Source: an uncultured Candidatus Actinomarina sp. (GTDB taxonomy: Bacteria > Actinomycetota > Acidimicrobiia > Actinomarinales > Actinomarinaceae). Taken from it: a stretch of 64,000 bases of DNA. Every line of letters starts with the position of its first letter. Position 1 is the stretch's first letter. Shown piece by piece: positions 60,610 through 64,000 of this stretch. The translations under genes were made by a program, and so were the position numbers. The notes beneath the pieces were generated by a model. That model did not search any database. It was not told the origin of the DNA and was given only the letters and a program-made list of their open reading frames with translations. The stretch spans positions 6,648-70,647 of the forward strand of contig CACOBL010000005.1 in NCBI GenBank assembly GCA_902625455.1, in the 5' to 3' direction.

Positions 60610-60648
60610 ATTTACTAAGTTAATATCTTATATACCGAAAGGTTTTAC

Positions 60649-60879
60649 ATGGCAAATATTAATTCACAAAAAAAGAGAATTCGACAAGATTCGAAAAGAA
60701 ATATTCGTAACAAATCACTTAAAAGTGAGCTAAAAACAACATTAAAATCATTAGAAAATGGTGAAGTTTCTTCAGAAATTAAAAATCAAGCTTTAAAATC
60801 ACTCGATATAGCATTCTCTAAAGGTGTAATTTCTAAAAACTATAGAGATAGAAATAAGTCAAGAATTTCAAGCCTGTAA
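60649..60879 (+). CDS. rpsT: 30S ribosomal protein S20
   Basis: MANINSQKKRIRQ, KGVISKN; divergent from lepA. Confidence 0.93.
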   Translation: MANINSQKKRIRQDSKRNIRNKSLKSELKTTLKSLENGEVSSEIKNQALKSLDIAFSKGVISKNYRDRNKSRISSL

Positions 60880-61530
60880 TTTTTGCTTCATTGCAATAAT
60901 AAATCTTTTTGAATTCTCTTGATTATAACTTGATTCAACCAGCTTTTTTTCTATTTTATATATATATTTAATTGAATCGTCAATTTTATCAATGTTTGTT
61001 TTCTTGATTAGAGTTTGAGCTTTTTTATATTTATAATCTTCTTTTTCGCTTAAAACCTTTAAAACATCATTTTTATCATTCGATGTCAAAAGTTTTAATC
61101 GGAAAATCTCTTTAGAAAAAAAATTTAAAAACATTCTAAAATTTGATTCTGTTTCAGTAAAAAAGGAAAGCAGATTTTTATCTATTTTTTTCCTATTATC
61201 AAAAATTATATTAGAGAGATCCCATGGTAAATGTTCAATAACATTTTTAGAATTATGAATAATTTGCAATAACTCAATATGTTGAAATTGACTTAAATTA
61301 GCCTTTTTAACTTGAAATATATATTTTGAATTAAATTCATAATTTATTTTCTCCAATTTTTTATAAGTAAAAAATTCATCCGTTACAAATTTATATAAAT
61401 CATCTGAAAACAAACTCACATTTTTACTGTTGCTAATTTCGTCAGATTTTATCTTTTCATATTTTAATTCATTAATTTCAAGATCATCCAAATTGTCTAT
61501 CAAAATATCTGTAATTACTAAATATGTCAT
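60868..61530 (-). CDS. holA: Probable, strongly reduced DNA polymerase III delta subunit
   Basis: Position between leuS and rpsT; SLF motif, PWDLSN and C-terminal helices reminiscent of HolA; only 220 aa. Confidence 0.45.
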   Translation of the reverse strand: MTYLVITDILIDNLDDLEINELKYEKIKSDEISNSKNVSLFSDDLYKFVTDEFFTYKKLEKINYEFNSKYIFQVKKANLSQFQHIELLQIIHNSKNVIEHLPWDLSNIIFDNRKKIDKNLLSFFTETESNFRMFLNFFSKEIFRLKLLTSNDKNDVLKVLSEKEDYKYKKAQTLIKKTNIDKIDDSIKYIYKIEKKLVESSYNQENSKRFIIAMKQKLQA

Positions 61531-63956
61531 CAGCCAATAAAATTTATTATTTTATCTTTAACAAAAATTACTTTTTTGTAATCAGAAGCTTTTATATTAA
61601 AAGTAACCTCACAGGCCTCTTCAGCTTCTTGTTGTGAAGTTCCAGTGTTTACAACTTTTGTAAATTTCTTTTTTCCGTTAAGTTGTATAACAAGCTCATA
61701 AGATGGATTTGATAAATTTGATTCATCAAATTCCGGCCATTTGAGGGCTGAGATGTCTTTCTTGGAGAATAAATTATAGATTTCAGAAGAAATGTGTGGT
61801 GAAAAAGGATAAAGGAGATTACACATTGTATTAAATACAAAATCTTTAGTTTCTTCAGATACCGTAGAGTTTTCATTTAAATACTTAGAAATTTCATTGT
61901 TTGCTTTCATTAAGTCAGAAACACCCGTGTTAAATTCAAATTTTTCAAGATGTCTAGTCACACTAAATATTGTTTGGTTCATTGACCTAACAAGGTCATC
62001 CTCGCCAATTGTTTTTTGAATTTGTAAATCTGAGACCCTAGCCATATTGTCCCAAAATTTATTTAGAAATCTTTTTGTTCCCTCTATTCCTCCATCGTTC
62101 CACTCAACTCCATCACTTGGTGGTGCCATGAACAAAATATAAAGCCTTAACGCATCAGCTCCATGTGTAGCGAAATAAGATTCAGGGTCAACTACATTAC
62201 CTTTGGATTTTGACATTTTTGTTCCTCCAAAATTAATCATTCCCTGACTAAATAAATTATGAAACGGTTCATCTACATCTAGTAAATTAATATCTCTTAA
62301 TGCTTTCACAAAAAATCTTGAATATAAAAGATGTAAAATTGCATGTTCTACTCCTCCAATGTATTGATCGATTGGCAACCAAGAGTTAATAATATTTTTA
62401 TCAAATGGGAAATTTTGGTTTTGTGAATCTAGGTATCTTAAAAAATACCAAGATGAATCAACAAATGTATCCATTGTGTCTGTTTCCCTTATGCCATCAG
62501 ACCCACAATCAGGGCATTTCGTATTTAAAAAATCTTCACTTTTCGCTAATGGAGAATCTTCAGAATTTTTATAATCATCAATTTCAGGTAAAAGAACTGG
62601 TAAATTATCTAGGCTTTCAGGCACTAAGCCACATTTTGTACAATTAATCAAAGGTATTGGACATCCCCAGTATCTTTGGCGACTAATTAACCAATCTCTT
62701 AATCTATAAGTTACTTTTCTTTCACCTAAATCTTTTTTTGATAAATAATTAAGTATAGAATTTGAGGCCTCATCGTGTGAATTTAACCCATCATAATCTC
62801 CTGAATTAATAAGCACTCCTTTTTCAATAAAGGGTTTGCTAGAAATATCAATTTTTTGATCTTTATCAATTATTACCTGAATAATTTCAATATTATATTT
62901 TTTAGCAAATTCATAATCTCTTTCATCATGTCCTGGTACAGCCATAATTGCACCAGTCCCATAATTAATTAAGACATAGTCTGCAATCCATAATGGAACA
63001 CTTTTATTGTTTATTGGGTTTGTAACTTTTAATCCTGTGTCTACACCTGTTTTTTCCTTTGTAATTGACATTCTCTCGAATTCTGATTTAGATTTTGCAA
63101 CATCTATATAGCTTTGAATTTCTTTTGAATTGGGTGATAGTGACAAAATTTTGTTCATTAATTTGTGCTCTGGAGACATCACAGCAAAAGTCATTCCAAA
63201 CAAAGTATCTGGTCTTGTAGTAAATACATCAAAATCAAGTTCACTTCCATTTATTTTCAAATTGAATTGAACTCCAGATGATTTTCCAATCCAATTTTCT
63301 TGCATTGATTTTACATTTTCAGGCCAATCACCAATATCATGAAGCCCTTGTAATAGCTCTTCTGAGTAACTTGATATTTTAAAAAACCATTGATTTAAAT
63401 TTTTCTTTGTAACTTCAGAATCACATCTTTCACAATTGCCTTCAATTACTTGCTCGTTGGCCAAAACTGTTTTACAAGATGTACACCAATTGACTGGGGC
63501 GTCTTCTTTATAAGCTAATTTGTTTTCAAACAATTTAATAAATAAATACTGAGTCCATTTGTAGTAATTTTTATCATGAGCAGCTACTTCTTTATCCCAG
63601 TCATAAAGAGATCCTAATCTTTTTATTTGATCCCTCATGTTACTTATTCGATCTTCAGTAAATTTCTTAGGATGAATTCCAGTTTTAATTGCTGCATTTT
63701 CGGCAGGTAACCCAAAGGAGTCCCATCCCATAGGAGATAAAACATTAAATCCTAGTTTCTTTTTATATCTAGTAATTACATCTCCAATGGTGTAATTTCT
63801 TATGTGTCCCATATGTAAATCTCCTGATGGATATGGATACATGCAAAGGTTATAGAAATTATTTTCACTTTGCGTTACATCGCAACTAGCAAGTTTGTTA
63901 TTCTCCCAAATTAACTGCCAATTTTCTTCTATTTTTTTAAAATCATAATTATCCAT
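61530..63956 (-). CDS. leuS: Leucine--tRNA ligase
   Basis: [18 protein letters not shown] editing domain, [17 protein letters not shown]. Confidence 0.97.
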   Translation of the reverse strand: MDNYDFKKIEENWQLIWENNKLASCDVTQSENNFYNLCMYPYPSGDLHMGHIRNYTIGDVITRYKKKLGFNVLSPMGWDSFGLPAENAAIKTGIHPKKFTEDRISNMRDQIKRLGSLYDWDKEVAAHDKNYYKWTQYLFIKLFENKLAYKEDAPVNWCTSCKTVLANEQVIEGNCERCDSEVTKKNLNQWFFKISSYSEELLQGLHDIGDWPENVKSMQENWIGKSSGVQFNLKINGSELDFDVFTTRPDTLFGMTFAVMSPEHKLMNKILSLSPNSKEIQSYIDVAKSKSEFERMSITKEKTGVDTGLKVTNPINNKSVPLWIADYVLINYGTGAIMAVPGHDERDYEFAKKYNIEIIQVIIDKDQKIDISSKPFIEKGVLINSGDYDGLNSHDEASNSILNYLSKKDLGERKVTYRLRDWLISRQRYWGCPIPLINCTKCGLVPESLDNLPVLLPEIDDYKNSEDSPLAKSEDFLNTKCPDCGSDGIRETDTMDTFVDSSWYFLRYLDSQNQNFPFDKNIINSWLPIDQYIGGVEHAILHLLYSRFFVKALRDINLLDVDEPFHNLFSQGMINFGGTKMSKSKGNVVDPESYFATHGADALRLYILFMAPPSDGVEWNDGGIEGTKRFLNKFWDNMARVSDLQIQKTIGEDDLVRSMNQTIFSVTRHLEKFEFNTGVSDLMKANNEISKYLNENSTVSEETKDFVFNTMCNLLYPFSPHISSEIYNLFSKKDISALKWPEFDESNLSNPSYELVIQLNGKKKFTKVVNTGTSQQEAEEACEVTFNIKASDYKKVIFVKDKIINFIG

Positions 63957-64000
63957 CTTGATAAATACTTTCTATTTTTTCAAACAGCACTTGCTTATTA
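63949..64000 (-). CDS. Possible 3' end of an upstream gene overlapping the leuS start
   Basis: Open frame [16 protein letters not shown] ends 8 nt inside leuS, matching the overlap style of this genome. Confidence 0.3.
   Translation of the reverse strand, partial: NKQVLFEKIESIYQDG

Noticed and set aside
1-64000. CRISPR arrays, rRNA, riboswitches or T-boxes, defence systems
   Set aside because: No repeat-spacer pattern, cas or rRNA sequence seen; intergenic gaps are too short, and glyS and leuS have no leader space.

Overview
Very AT-rich (roughly 25-30% GC by eye), extremely gene-dense bacterial DNA. Gene content (F420-dependent LLM enzyme, nif3/Zn-ribbon/rnhA near rnpB, MMPL, LCP, Ppm1-like and NamH-like genes, alpha2-type GlyRS) points to a streamlined actinobacterium, plausibly Ca. 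Actinomarinales-like (inference). Layout: a System I cytochrome c maturation (ccm) operon (1-5251); RNase P RNA; mixed housekeeping genes, an MMPL transporter, an M15 peptidase and ppc (5665-15962); a ~34 kb cell-surface glycan island of about 30 genes (15964-50189) ending at tRNA-Ile2; then SCP2, tRNA-Asn and a stripped core block dnaG-glyS-uppS-ybeY-7TM-HD-phoH-hit-rsmE-lepA / rpsT / holA-like / leuS. No mobile element or CRISPR is visible. Best leads: (1) a NamH/CMAH-type N-acetyl-sugar hydroxylase leading a glycan operon; (2) a WaaL/Wzy-like protein with a ~430-aa Cys-rich, apparently circularly permuted LamG insertion; (3) a MacB-like domain fused to an M15 peptidase behind a WalR-type direct repeat; (4) pervasive leaderless promoters and overlap at every convergent gene junction. 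Family assignments come from motif recognition, not database searches.
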